A stretch of 64,000 nucleotides of DNA from the NCBI GenBank assembly GCA_963737265.1, contig CAVTRY010000022.1, forward strand, positions 160,001-224,000, given 5' to 3'. A program made the translations under genes and the position numbers. The stretch comes from an uncultured delta proteobacterium (GTDB lineage: Bacteria > Myxococcota_A > Polyangia > Fen-1088). Position 1 is the stretch's first letter; each line of letters opens with the position of its first letter. This document shows, piece after piece, positions 51,284 to 61,622 of this stretch. Under the pieces are notes generated by a model. That model had not been told where the DNA came from, searched no databases, and worked only from the letters and a program-made list of their open reading frames with translations.

Positions 51284-52048
51284 CTAGCGTCGCGTGCCCG
51301 GTGTTTCGCCAACCACGCGCACGACGGCGACGGTGAGATTGTCGACGGTGCCGATGTGGTTGGCCTCGTCGATGAGCCTGCGGCAGGCGGAGGCGGCGTC
51401 CAGGCCTTTGACCATCTCGGCGATCTCCACATCCTCGAGCACTCGATAGAGTCCGTCCGTACAGGCGATGACGACATCACCCTGGATGAGATCGATCTCG
51501 AAAAGATCGATGGGAACCAGCAACTCTCGGCCGAGGCTTCTCGTCAGCACGTCGTGCCCCGTCGTGGGGTGCTGGCCGGTCTGCGCGGCAGCCTCGGCCG
51601 CCACCGTGTGATCCTTGCTCAGTTGGTTGATGAAGCCGTCGCGGACGAGGTACACGCGGCTGTTGCCCACGTGGGCGGCCGTCATTTGACCGTCCGACAC
51701 GGCCACCGCGGTCAAGGTTGTGCTCATGCCGCGCAACTGGGGCACCACCACGGCCATATCGTAGACTTCATAATTGGCCGCCCGCGAGGCCCGCACCAGA
51801 CGCTGCACTTGCGATAGTCCGGGCGCCAGCTCGCGAAAGGAGCGTTGCAGGCCCAAGATGGCCCGCTGGCTGGCCAAGTCGCCGCCCTCGAACGCCGCCC
51901 GGCCGTCGGCCACCGCGACCAGCCCGCTCGTCCGACTCTTGACGTACTTGCCACAATGATCCTCGTTGTGGCCACGCTCGGTTCCACTGTCGCTCACCGC
52001 CGCAATCTCGATCTCGAAGGGCTCCGGGTCTCGGCCGCCAGTATTCAT
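51284..52048 (-). CDS. PP2C-family Ser/Thr phosphatase
   Basis: RGHNED, VADG, MSTTLT, HVGNSRVY, DH, CTDGL, DNLT. Confidence 0.88.
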   Translation of the reverse strand: MNTGGRDPEPFEIEIAAVSDSGTERGHNEDHCGKYVKSRTSGLVAVADGRAAFEGGDLASQRAILGLQRSFRELAPGLSQVQRLVRASRAANYEVYDMAVVVPQLRGMSTTLTAVAVSDGQMTAAHVGNSRVYLVRDGFINQLSKDHTVAAEAAAQTGQHPTTGHDVLTRSLGRELLVPIDLFEIDLIQGDVVIACTDGLYRVLEDVEIAEMVKGLDAASACRRLIDEANHIGTVDNLTVAVVRVVGETPGTRR

Positions 52049-52249
52049 CGCCTCACGCTGTGAAGTCTGCGCGTGCTTCTTCCGGTCAGCAACATCGAGG
52101 TCGCGGACCGCCCGGCCGCGGCGACATATTTTGCGCCGCATTCGTGCCCGCGATACAGCGGCGATACTTGGCGCTAACTCCCGGGTTTCGTCACCACTCT
52201 CGGCAGCCGACCGGGCGCGATTGCGTTACTATCCTTGAAGGATCATGAC

Positions 52250-52624
52250 ATGCAGACGTTAGGGATTGTTTTCATCGTGATGGGCGCCATGGGTCTGACC
52301 ATCACCGCCTTATCCAGGTTCCTGATGGAGGTGCGTTGGCCGGCGGCGGAAAAGGTGGGTGGGCTGTCGCTCGGGTTGGCCATCGTTGGCGGAATCTTGT
52401 GGATCGCCTCGTCTTCCCCAGCGGAACTCGCTCCCGCCAGTCGAGCCGCGCCCGATCGCATCCAGCAAGCGCCGAGACTAAACCAGGAGGCGCCGAGCGC
52501 CGTTCGGCCGCCACCGGCCCCACCCATGCCGCCACCACCACCCCCGCCACCGCCTCCTCCTCCGCTGCCACCCCCGCCGCCACCGCCTCCTCCGCCACCA
52601 CCTCCTCCGCCCCCGCCGCGCTAA
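52250..52624 (+). CDS. small two-TM membrane protein with polyproline tail
   Basis: Two hydrophobic helices, then a run of more than 30 Pro with varied CCN codons. Confidence 0.6.
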   Translation: MQTLGIVFIVMGAMGLTITALSRFLMEVRWPAAEKVGGLSLGLAIVGGILWIASSSPAELAPASRAAPDRIQQAPRLNQEAPSAVRPPPAPPMPPPPPPPPPPPPLPPPPPPPPPPPPPPPPPR

Positions 52625-52626
52625 AT

Positions 52627-53862
52627 CTAGAACGCAAAGTATGGACCGACGACACCATCAGGTGTCGACTTGCCCTCGATGCCGGTGTAGACGCGACGGC
52701 CAAAGAAGAACGGGAGGCCCCAGTCGAAGCCTGGGATCCCGAAGCCGCTCGGAAACCCTGGCATCGGCCCGGCCAGGTTGCTGAAGGCGTAATTGCGCGC
52801 AGCCAGCCGGGACGCGTTGGCGACGCTGAAATTCACGTGGGCGCTGGCACCGTCGGCCCCCAGGATTGTCGCTGCTAGACTGGTCGTGGAGCTTGGGCAG
52901 TAGAAATCCTTGAGGTTGCCAGTGCACATGGGAAGACGGGTGGTCGTCGAATTCAGGAAGAAGAGGCCGTTCGATCCGCTGTCCAGGTAACTTGTGTACT
53001 GCGTCCCGCCCACGGGAAAAGCCGTTCCCACCACATACCCGGCGATCGGGTCGAGAGCAAACACCGTCGCTCCGCCGAGCTCGTTGTTGGTCTGCGTTCC
53101 AATGCCGAACACCAACAAACCGGATACGGATGGTGCTCCGCCGGACGGAATGCCGTCCAGCTGGATGACCACGCCGTTGTTGTCGACCGGAAATGCAGCG
53201 ACGGGATTGGGAACCTGCCGCTCCACGGAAACCGAAGTGACCTTGCACCCGCCCGATAGAGCGGAGCTGCAGGCGTAGTAGTAAGATGTGGCGGGCGATG
53301 CGCAATTCGCACCACAGTCATTCTGGAGAACCCCCACGCCGAAGATGCCATTCGCACCGAGGGTCTGGAAGTCGGTGATTGCCGTACCCGTGCAGTCGAA
53401 TGCGATGGGATAGTCTTGTTCGCCGATAACCTGGATGGGCAGGCTGCTGGCTGCCTCCTCGCCCACTTGGAGGTCGGCAAGGTTCACCGTGCCCCAGGTC
53501 GAGCCGTCAACGAAAGGCAAACATTCGGCCAGCGCCGCCGACCCACTTGCGTCTGGTACGGGCGGAAGAGCCAATTGCAATTCCGACTTGAGGACACGCA
53601 CACCGACCGAGCCGGTATCGACCAGCAGATGATCGATGGTTTGGCAGTTGCTGGTTCCCGGTTCGCACAGGGTGACTGGGACGAACAGGCCGTTGGTGTA
53701 TTGGCTGTTTTGCGGCCCCGGGTCCACGACGATGGCGACGACGTTCGGATCGGTCGGGGATGCGCCGCCCGTGCCACCCGAACCACCCGTGGAACCACCC
53801 CCGCCGCATCCGGCAGACAAGGCCAGGACCATCGCTGCTGTCCTTAGTTTGGTCATCGGCAT
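52627..53862 (-). CDS. DUF3443 family lipoprotein
   Basis: SAGC lipobox; VTLCEPGTSNCQTIDHLLVDTGS, GANGIFGVG, DNNGV, FGIGTQTNN, FDWGLPFFFGRRVY. Confidence 0.85.
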   Translation of the reverse strand: MPMTKLRTAAMVLALSAGCGGGGSTGGSGGTGGASPTDPNVVAIVVDPGPQNSQYTNGLFVPVTLCEPGTSNCQTIDHLLVDTGSVGVRVLKSELQLALPPVPDASGSAALAECLPFVDGSTWGTVNLADLQVGEEAASSLPIQVIGEQDYPIAFDCTGTAITDFQTLGANGIFGVGVLQNDCGANCASPATSYYYACSSALSGGCKVTSVSVERQVPNPVAAFPVDNNGVVIQLDGIPSGGAPSVSGLLVFGIGTQTNNELGGATVFALDPIAGYVVGTAFPVGGTQYTSYLDSGSNGLFFLNSTTTRLPMCTGNLKDFYCPSSTTSLAATILGADGASAHVNFSVANASRLAARNYAFSNLAGPMPGFPSGFGIPGFDWGLPFFFGRRVYTGIEGKSTPDGVVGPYFAF

Positions 53863-53866
53863 TTGC

Positions 53867-54358
53867 CTAGCGGATATCTTCTGGCTGCAAACCCGGAGGC
53901 AGTAAGTCGAGTAGATAGACTTGTCCAAAGAAGGCGCGCTGATGACCGCCCATGATGACTACCATGCCCGGCAGCTCGATGCGCACGGGTCCCCTCGTAG
54001 CCCGCCGCCCGCGCGTGCCGGCGATGTAGCGGTCGTAGTGGACGCCCATGATGTCGCGCAGATTCGGGCGCCACCCGCCGAACCAGGAAACGGCGAATAC
54101 CTTGCCAGTGTCGCCGACGAATTCTCGCACTGTGGCGCCGGACGGCACCTGCAGTTCGTGAACCGCGTAGTTGGCCTGGTGCGATATCTGCAGCTTCGCC
54201 TGCATGCGCACTTGATCTGCCGCGACCGAAGTCACGTCCTCGCCGAGAGCGGCATGGGCGCTGGGCACGAGCTGAAAGATGGCGGCTAACGCGAATGCGC
54301 TCCACAGCCAACGATTGAATCGGTGGAAGCGGTGCTTTGTGGGGTCGATGGTCTTCAT
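53867..54358 (-). CDS. DUF2844 family secreted protein
   Basis: AHAALG signal end, VREF, VFAVSW.G...P.L, GGH.RAF.G..YL...LP. Confidence 0.85.
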   Translation of the reverse strand: MKTIDPTKHRFHRFNRWLWSAFALAAIFQLVPSAHAALGEDVTSVAADQVRMQAKLQISHQANYAVHELQVPSGATVREFVGDTGKVFAVSWFGGWRPNLRDIMGVHYDRYIAGTRGRRATRGPVRIELPGMVVIMGGHQRAFFGQVYLLDLLPPGLQPEDIR

Positions 54359-54370
54359 GACAGTGCTGGC

Positions 54371-54379
54371 ATTATACCA
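54371..54379 (-). promoter_or_regulatory. extended -10 promoter (TGGTATAAT) of the DUF2844/DUF3443 operon
   Basis: Perfect TGnTATAAT 12 nt upstream of the ATG. Confidence 0.55.
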
Positions 54380-54441
54380 GCCCGCGCCGAGTCGCGCGGA
54401 ACAGCCGTGCAACGAAGGTCACACGCTGGCCGAAGAAGGCG

Positions 54442-55725
54442 TCAAGACTTCGTGCCGGCTGGCGCCCTCAGGAGCACGGCGCGGGCGTGGCCGGAGAGGC
54501 CTTCCACTTCCGCAAGGCAGGAAACAGCCGCAGCTTGCTTCGCAACGGCCTTGGGACCGTATTCGATGTAAGACGTTCGCTTGAGGAAATCACCGACGCC
54601 GAGCGGGGACGAGAAGCGCGCGCTGCCGCCGGTTGGCAGCACGTGACTCGGACCAGCGAAGTAGTCGCCCAGCGCTTCGCACGCCTCGTCGCCCACGAAC
54701 ACGGCGCCCGCACAGGTGACCAGGTCTGCCCACTTGCGTGCGTCGGCAAGCGCGATCCCAGCGTGCTCGGGAGCGAGCTGGTTGACGAGTCCAATCGCGG
54801 CTTCCGCATCGTCGACGACGATGGCCACGCCTTGGTTGGCGATAGCCTTCTCCGCGATAGCCTTGCGCGGCAGTTGGGCGAGCTGGCGATCCAACTCTTG
54901 CGCCACACGCTCGGCAACCGTCTTGCCGACGGCAACCAGAATGGGCACCGCCAGCTCGTCATGCTCCGCCTGCGCCAACAAATCGGCGGCAACCCAAGCC
55001 GGATTCGCCGTCGCATCGGCCGCAATCACCACCTCGGTCGGTCCCGCGATCATCTCGATGCCGACATCGCCGAACACCAGACGTTTGGCCGCGGCGACAT
55101 AGGCGTTGCCGGGCCCGACGATCTTGTCCACGCGCGGAACGCTTTCGGTGCCGTAGGCCAGGGCCGCCACGGCCTGCGCGCCACCCATCAAGAAAACGCG
55201 ATCAACGCCCGCTTCGAGTGCGGCGGCCAGAGTCTCGGGCGAAGGTCCGGGCGTGGTCATGAAGACTTCGCGCACGCCCGCCACCTTGGCCGGCACCGCG
55301 GTCATGAGCACGGTGGAGGGATAGCGCGCGGTTCCGCCCGGCGCGTAGATACCGATGCGCGCGAGCGGCGTGTAGCGACAGGCGAGACGAACGCCCTCCT
55401 CGACGGTTTCGTAGGAGTGGTAGCGCTCGTGCTCGTGGTAGGCGCGAATTCGCGCCGCGGCCTGAGCGAGCGCTTGCCGTACTTCTTGCAACGCCCCCGC
55501 CGCGAGCGCCTGCCAGGCATCGCGGGACAGCTCGATGGCGCCGAGCTCGCGCCCTTCGAAGCGCTGGGTATACATCCGCACGGCTACGTCGCCGCGTTCG
55601 CGCACATCCTCGATGATGGCGCGAGCGCCAGCCTCGATGGATCCCGGCACTGCCCTCGCCCGGTCGACGATGGCCTTGAGTTCGGAAGCAAAACCAGGAT
55701 CGCCCTGGACGATGGTGCGCAACAT
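54442..55725 (-). CDS. hisD: histidinol dehydrogenase
   Basis: YAPGG..YPSTVLM, GGAQAVAALAYG, GPGNAYV, AGPTE, QAEHD, APEH, GPSHVLPT. Confidence 0.96.
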   Translation of the reverse strand: MLRTIVQGDPGFASELKAIVDRARAVPGSIEAGARAIIEDVRERGDVAVRMYTQRFEGRELGAIELSRDAWQALAAGALQEVRQALAQAAARIRAYHEHERYHSYETVEEGVRLACRYTPLARIGIYAPGGTARYPSTVLMTAVPAKVAGVREVFMTTPGPSPETLAAALEAGVDRVFLMGGAQAVAALAYGTESVPRVDKIVGPGNAYVAAAKRLVFGDVGIEMIAGPTEVVIAADATANPAWVAADLLAQAEHDELAVPILVAVGKTVAERVAQELDRQLAQLPRKAIAEKAIANQGVAIVVDDAEAAIGLVNQLAPEHAGIALADARKWADLVTCAGAVFVGDEACEALGDYFAGPSHVLPTGGSARFSSPLGVGDFLKRTSYIEYGPKAVAKQAAAVSCLAEVEGLSGHARAVLLRAPAGTKS

Positions 55726-55889
55726 GCGAAGAAACTACCGTTCGTCCGCTGGGCGCGCCAGTAGGACCTGTGTCCGCCCGGCGGCGTTTTCGCGGCTCCG
55801 TTAGGTCTCGTCAGAGAATAGATGCCACGAGGTGGGCGCAGCCGGAATGGATCGCCGCCCGGATTGTTGCAGATTTCTCCGACGAGCCC

Positions 55890-56237
55890 CTACTTCTTGC
55901 CAGACTTGGCCGCGCGGCGCTGGGCGCGGTATTCGTAGATCTTCGCCTGGGGAAGATCCTTGTGTTTCGAGCACACCATACCAAAGACCGGAGCGGCCAC
56001 GCCCGTGCAACCGGGCACCGGGCAGAATTGCTTGGGGCGGTGCTTAATAGGAGCGGAGACACCAGCAACCGCGACGACCGCGCCCGTTGCTGGACGGCCA
56101 CGATGGGCCGGAACGTTCAAATTGCCCGTGAACGCGGCGGTCACTGCCTGCTGAACGCGGCGGACGCTGTCAGCCTCGACGGCCGAAACAATTTGATTCA
56201 CGAAGCCTTCAACCAATGATCGGATGTTTGTTTCCAT
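55890..56237 (-). CDS. small basic protein with AT-hook-like RGRP and C-terminal C-x4-C-x10-C-x2-H motif
   Basis: HRGRPA, FCPVPGC...VCSKH, basic tail. Confidence 0.7.
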   Translation of the reverse strand: METNIRSLVEGFVNQIVSAVEADSVRRVQQAVTAAFTGNLNVPAHRGRPATGAVVAVAGVSAPIKHRPKQFCPVPGCTGVAAPVFGMVCSKHKDLPQAKIYEYRAQRRAAKSGKK

Positions 56238-56434
56238 TTGACATTTCTCTTGTGAAAGTGGCGCCAATGTTGCCCCGTCACGGTCAAAAGTAAAGACTCA
56301 TTTTCCTTTTCGCTCTATTGATGGAGCCTAATGGCCAGCCATTGCGAAAGACGGGAACACGACACGCAGTGTGACAAGGTATTGAATGAAATGCACTTGA
56401 CCGTTTCTTGTTCCCGCGGAATTATTGCCGCGTC

Positions 56435-58567
56435 ATGAAAAGGCTAGCGCGGCCGACACTGAGGGGGCTGTTCCTCACCTTGCGTTCGGGTGACGTGCGC
56501 GCGTTGTTCGCGCGCTATTCCGATGTCGCCCTGGCAATGCTTGTCGCGCTGATCGTGGGAACGATGATCGTTCCGCTACCAACATTCCTGCTCGATCTGC
56601 TTATTTCGCTCAACATAGCCGGCGCGGTCACCATGCTCCTTATCGCCATCTATGTCAGCGACGCTTTGAAGATTGCGACCTTCCCTACCCTGTTGCTCAT
56701 TACCACGTTGTTTCGTCTCGCCATAGAAGTCTCCGCAACCCGCCTCATCCTACTCAAGGCCAACGCCGGAAGTGTCATCCATGCTTTCGGCAACTTCGTC
56801 GTCGCCGGCAACGTGGTTGTCGGTGTCGTCGTGTTCGTTATTCTCACGCTGATTCAGTTCATCGTGATTGCCAGGGGCTCCGGACGAGTTGCCGAAGTCG
56901 GCGCACGTTTCACCCTGGACGCCATGCCCGGCAAACAGATGGCCATCGACGCCGAATTGCGTTCGGGCCACATCGACCCAAGCGAAGCACGCCACCAACG
57001 CTCATTGCTGGCCCGCGAATCCCAATTCTTTGGGTCCATGGACGGCGCCATGAAATTCGTCAAAGGCGACGCCATCGCGGGGGTCGCGGTGTTGCTCACC
57101 AACATCGGAGGCGGGCTGGCCATTGGCATCCTGCAAAAGGGGATGGATCCTTCCAGTGCGGTGCGCACGTACACCCTACTAACGATTGGCGAGGGTCTGG
57201 TTTCTCAGATCCCGGCGCTCGTCATTTCGACGGCGGCTGGAATTATCGTCACGCGCGTTTCGTCGGAGGACGAGGGCAGCCATCTTGGAGGGGACATTGG
57301 CCGGCAAATTCTGGCCCAGCCCAAGGCATTGGCAATATCCGCTGCGCTGCTCGTCCTAATGGCCTTGATTCCTGGATTGCCGACAGCGCCCTTCTTGACC
57401 CTCGGCGGATTGCTCGGCTTGCTTGCCTATCGATTGATCAGGTCGGAAAGGACCTGGAACGGGGCAGGCGCTGAACGCAATGACATTGCCTTGCCGGCGG
57501 CCCGACCTGCAACGACCAAGCAGGCGACCACTTCCGAGATCCCCGTCCCGCTGGTACCTATCGCCATTGAGCTGTCGGTCGCGCTCAGCGAAGCGCTCCT
57601 GCCCAAGCACCGGCCAAGCCGAATGGCCAGCCAAGGGCTGCCGGCCTTGCGCAGCCGCTTCTTCCGCGAAACCGGAATTACTGTTCCGGCCATTCGGCTG
57701 GACGGGCCTACGCCCGGCCTTGCGCCTGGCGCCTATGCAATCCGCTTGCGCGAGGTTCCCGTGGCGATCGGCCAGGTTAGGGTCGACGGCGCTATGACGC
57801 CCGATTCGCCCGAGCGGCTGCGTACCTTGGGAATTGTCGCCGAGCCCGCCGTGCACCCCGACGGGTGCGCCGCCTCCTGGATTGCGGCCCCGGATGTGGC
57901 GACAGCCCGCGCCCAGGGTCTGTCTCTGCTGTCGCCCGATGAAGTCATTGTCGAACATCTACTTCGTGTCTTGCGCCGCCACGGGCACGAATTCGTCGGG
58001 ATTCAAGCGACGCAGGCCCTGCTCGACAGCCTGGCCATCACTCATCCGGCTCTGCTGCGCGAGGTGGTACCAAAATTGGTAAGTCAGGTCTTGATTGCTG
58101 ATATTCTCCACCGCCTGGCCGAAGAAGGGATCTCCCTGCGTAATCTTCCCGAGATCCTCGGCGCACTCGCCGAGCGGACGCCAGGCGATGGCGACGATCC
58201 GGCTGCATTGACCGACTTTGTACGCGCGGCCCTGCGGCCACAGATCACGTTCAAATACACGGGCCAAGACGGAACCGTCGCCGTGTTTCTCCTCGATGCC
58301 ATCATCGAGGAAACCGTGCGCGAAGCGATTCAGAGCACTGGAACGGGCGGCCGACTGGGCCTGGAACCGGGGTTTTCCCGCGGTATTGTCCAAGCCGTGG
58401 GCCACGCGATTTCGCGCGTTGAGGCGCCGGTCATTCTGACCGCGGGCGATATCCGCCGGCACGTTCGAAGTTTGCTTGCAAACGAACATCCGCAAGTCGC
58501 GGTCATCGCCAATCAAGAACTGGTGCCCGAGGCGAAATTGCGCACGCTCGCCCGCATCGCAATTTGA
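56435..58567 (+). CDS. sctV: type III secretion export gate (FHIPEP family, SctV/FlhA)
   Basis: FPTLLLITTLFRL, RVAEVGARFTLDAMPGKQMAIDA, DGAMKFVKGDAIAG, IGEGLVSQIP. Confidence 0.9.
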   Translation: MKRLARPTLRGLFLTLRSGDVRALFARYSDVALAMLVALIVGTMIVPLPTFLLDLLISLNIAGAVTMLLIAIYVSDALKIATFPTLLLITTLFRLAIEVSATRLILLKANAGSVIHAFGNFVVAGNVVVGVVVFVILTLIQFIVIARGSGRVAEVGARFTLDAMPGKQMAIDAELRSGHIDPSEARHQRSLLARESQFFGSMDGAMKFVKGDAIAGVAVLLTNIGGGLAIGILQKGMDPSSAVRTYTLLTIGEGLVSQIPALVISTAAGIIVTRVSSEDEGSHLGGDIGRQILAQPKALAISAALLVLMALIPGLPTAPFLTLGGLLGLLAYRLIRSERTWNGAGAERNDIALPAARPATTKQATTSEIPVPLVPIAIELSVALSEALLPKHRPSRMASQGLPALRSRFFRETGITVPAIRLDGPTPGLAPGAYAIRLREVPVAIGQVRVDGAMTPDSPERLRTLGIVAEPAVHPDGCAASWIAAPDVATARAQGLSLLSPDEVIVEHLLRVLRRHGHEFVGIQATQALLDSLAITHPALLREVVPKLVSQVLIADILHRLAEEGISLRNLPEILGALAERTPGDGDDPAALTDFVRAALRPQITFKYTGQDGTVAVFLLDAIIEETVREAIQSTGTGGRLGLEPGFSRGIVQAVGHAISRVEAPVILTAGDIRRHVRSLLANEHPQVAVIANQELVPEAKLRTLARIAI

Positions 58568-58580
58568 TAACTTGCGGCGG

Positions 58581-59888
58581 TCAGGAATCGGTGGGCAGAT
58601 CCTTGTGGATGAAATGCCTGCTGTCCGGGCTGTAGTCAGTCGTGCACTGGCCGCGGCCGTGCAGGAGCCAGCGGTAGGTCAGAAGCCCGTCGACGCCAAC
58701 CGGACCGCGCGCATGCAACTTGTCGGTGCTGATTCCCACCTCGGCGCCGAGCCCGAAGCGATAGCCATCCGAGAACCGCGTGCTCGCGTTGTGAAACACG
58801 CAAGCCGAGTCTACCTCGGCCAAAAAGCGACTGGCTGCCTCCCCATCCTGGGCGACGATGGCGTCGGTGTGGCGCGAACCGTGGCGCGCGATGTGGTCGA
58901 GCGCGTCCGCAAGCCCCGGCACCTGCCGAATGGACAACACAAGATCGCCGTATTCCGTATCCCAATCTGCCTCCGTGGCCAGCTCCATTTGCGGATGGCG
59001 CTTGCGGGTCTCGGCGCAGCCACGCAAGGCGACCTTCTGCAAGCCGAGCGCCTTGACGCAGGCATCTAAAGCCGCGCCCGCGCCCGCGTCCCAGAGCAAT
59101 GTCTCGACGGCATTGCACGCCGCGGGATAGCTGCATTTAGCGTCAACGACGATCTTCGCTGCCACGTCCGGATCCGCCGATGCGTGCAGGTACGTGTGAC
59201 AGATACCGTCCGCGTGTGCCATGACGGGAATGCGCGTGTGACCACGCACGTGACGGATGAATTGCGATGAGCCGCGCGCGATAACCATTTCCACAAGGTC
59301 GTCCATGCCGAGCAGGCTATCCACCTCGGCGCGGTCTTCGAGAAGAACCATAGCGCGCGTATCAATGTCGTGTTTCTCCAGTACCCGGTGCGCCACCGCG
59401 GTGAGCGCCCTATTGCTATCGGCAGCTTCGCGACCGCCCTTCAGTGCCACGGCGTTGCCGCTTTTCCAGGCCAAGCTGGTGATCTGGACCAGGGCGTCGG
59501 GCCGCGCTTCGAACACCACGCCGAGCACACCCAGCGAACAGCTCACGCGCTCGAGAATAAGCCCATGGTCGAGGATCCGGTGAGTGAGCCGGCGGCCCAC
59601 CAGCTCCGGCATACGCGCCAGCTGTTCAACGCCGTCCGCGGTGGTGGCGAGTTTCTTTTCATCGAAGGACAGCCGCTTGACCAGCGCCTTGCCGAGCCGG
59701 CCAGCCTTTTCTTCTTCGCGCGCGCGCGCCATGTCTTGCGCGTTGGCGGCGAGCACCACCTGTTTGGCTTCGGGCTGGGCCAGCGCCGTGGCGAAGTCGG
59801 ACAAAAGCGCGCTGCGCTCGGGTCCGGAAAGCGCGGCCAACCGGCGAGCCGCGGCACGTGCTGCTTGTAAACTTTCGCGAAGGTTCAT
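58581..59888 (-). CDS. proA: gamma-glutamyl phosphate reductase
   Basis: [47 protein letters not shown]. Confidence 0.96.
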   Translation of the reverse strand: MNLRESLQAARAAARRLAALSGPERSALLSDFATALAQPEAKQVVLAANAQDMARAREEEKAGRLGKALVKRLSFDEKKLATTADGVEQLARMPELVGRRLTHRILDHGLILERVSCSLGVLGVVFEARPDALVQITSLAWKSGNAVALKGGREAADSNRALTAVAHRVLEKHDIDTRAMVLLEDRAEVDSLLGMDDLVEMVIARGSSQFIRHVRGHTRIPVMAHADGICHTYLHASADPDVAAKIVVDAKCSYPAACNAVETLLWDAGAGAALDACVKALGLQKVALRGCAETRKRHPQMELATEADWDTEYGDLVLSIRQVPGLADALDHIARHGSRHTDAIVAQDGEAASRFLAEVDSACVFHNASTRFSDGYRFGLGAEVGISTDKLHARGPVGVDGLLTYRWLLHGRGQCTTDYSPDSRHFIHKDLPTDS

Positions 59889-59978
59889 GGCGGCAATTGT
59901 ACCCGCGGAACTCCGCCGTGGTCACTAGTCCCTTGCAAGTCTGTACCACAACCCCAAAAATCAGCTAACGTCTGGCTC

Positions 59979-61487
<1,509 letters not shown>

Positions 61488-61513
61488 CGCACGGCTAGCT
61501 CGAACCAGGTTGG

Positions 61514-61579
61514 TCCGTAATCCCGCGACAAGCGCAGCGACGTCGCGGAAGGCGGCTGCGCCTATCGCGGGATTGCGGA
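61514..61579. other. long intergenic hairpin
   Basis: 61514-61528 pairs with 61565-61579 (14/15 plus one GU); GCGCAGC/GCTGCGC inner stem. Confidence 0.6.
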
Positions 61580-61622
61580 TGGTCGGGCCTCCTGGTGTTT
61601 GTGGTATCGTGGTTTTTCAACC

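Noticed and set aside
51860-51920. Inactive PP2C (ADGRAAF instead of ADGMGGH)
   Set aside because: The metal-binding Asp residues (NED, ADG, TDG, DN) are all retained.
61530-61562. SRP RNA (GGAAG loop and GCAGC)
   Set aside because: Lacks the ordered CAGG..GNRA..AGCAG domain IV motif.
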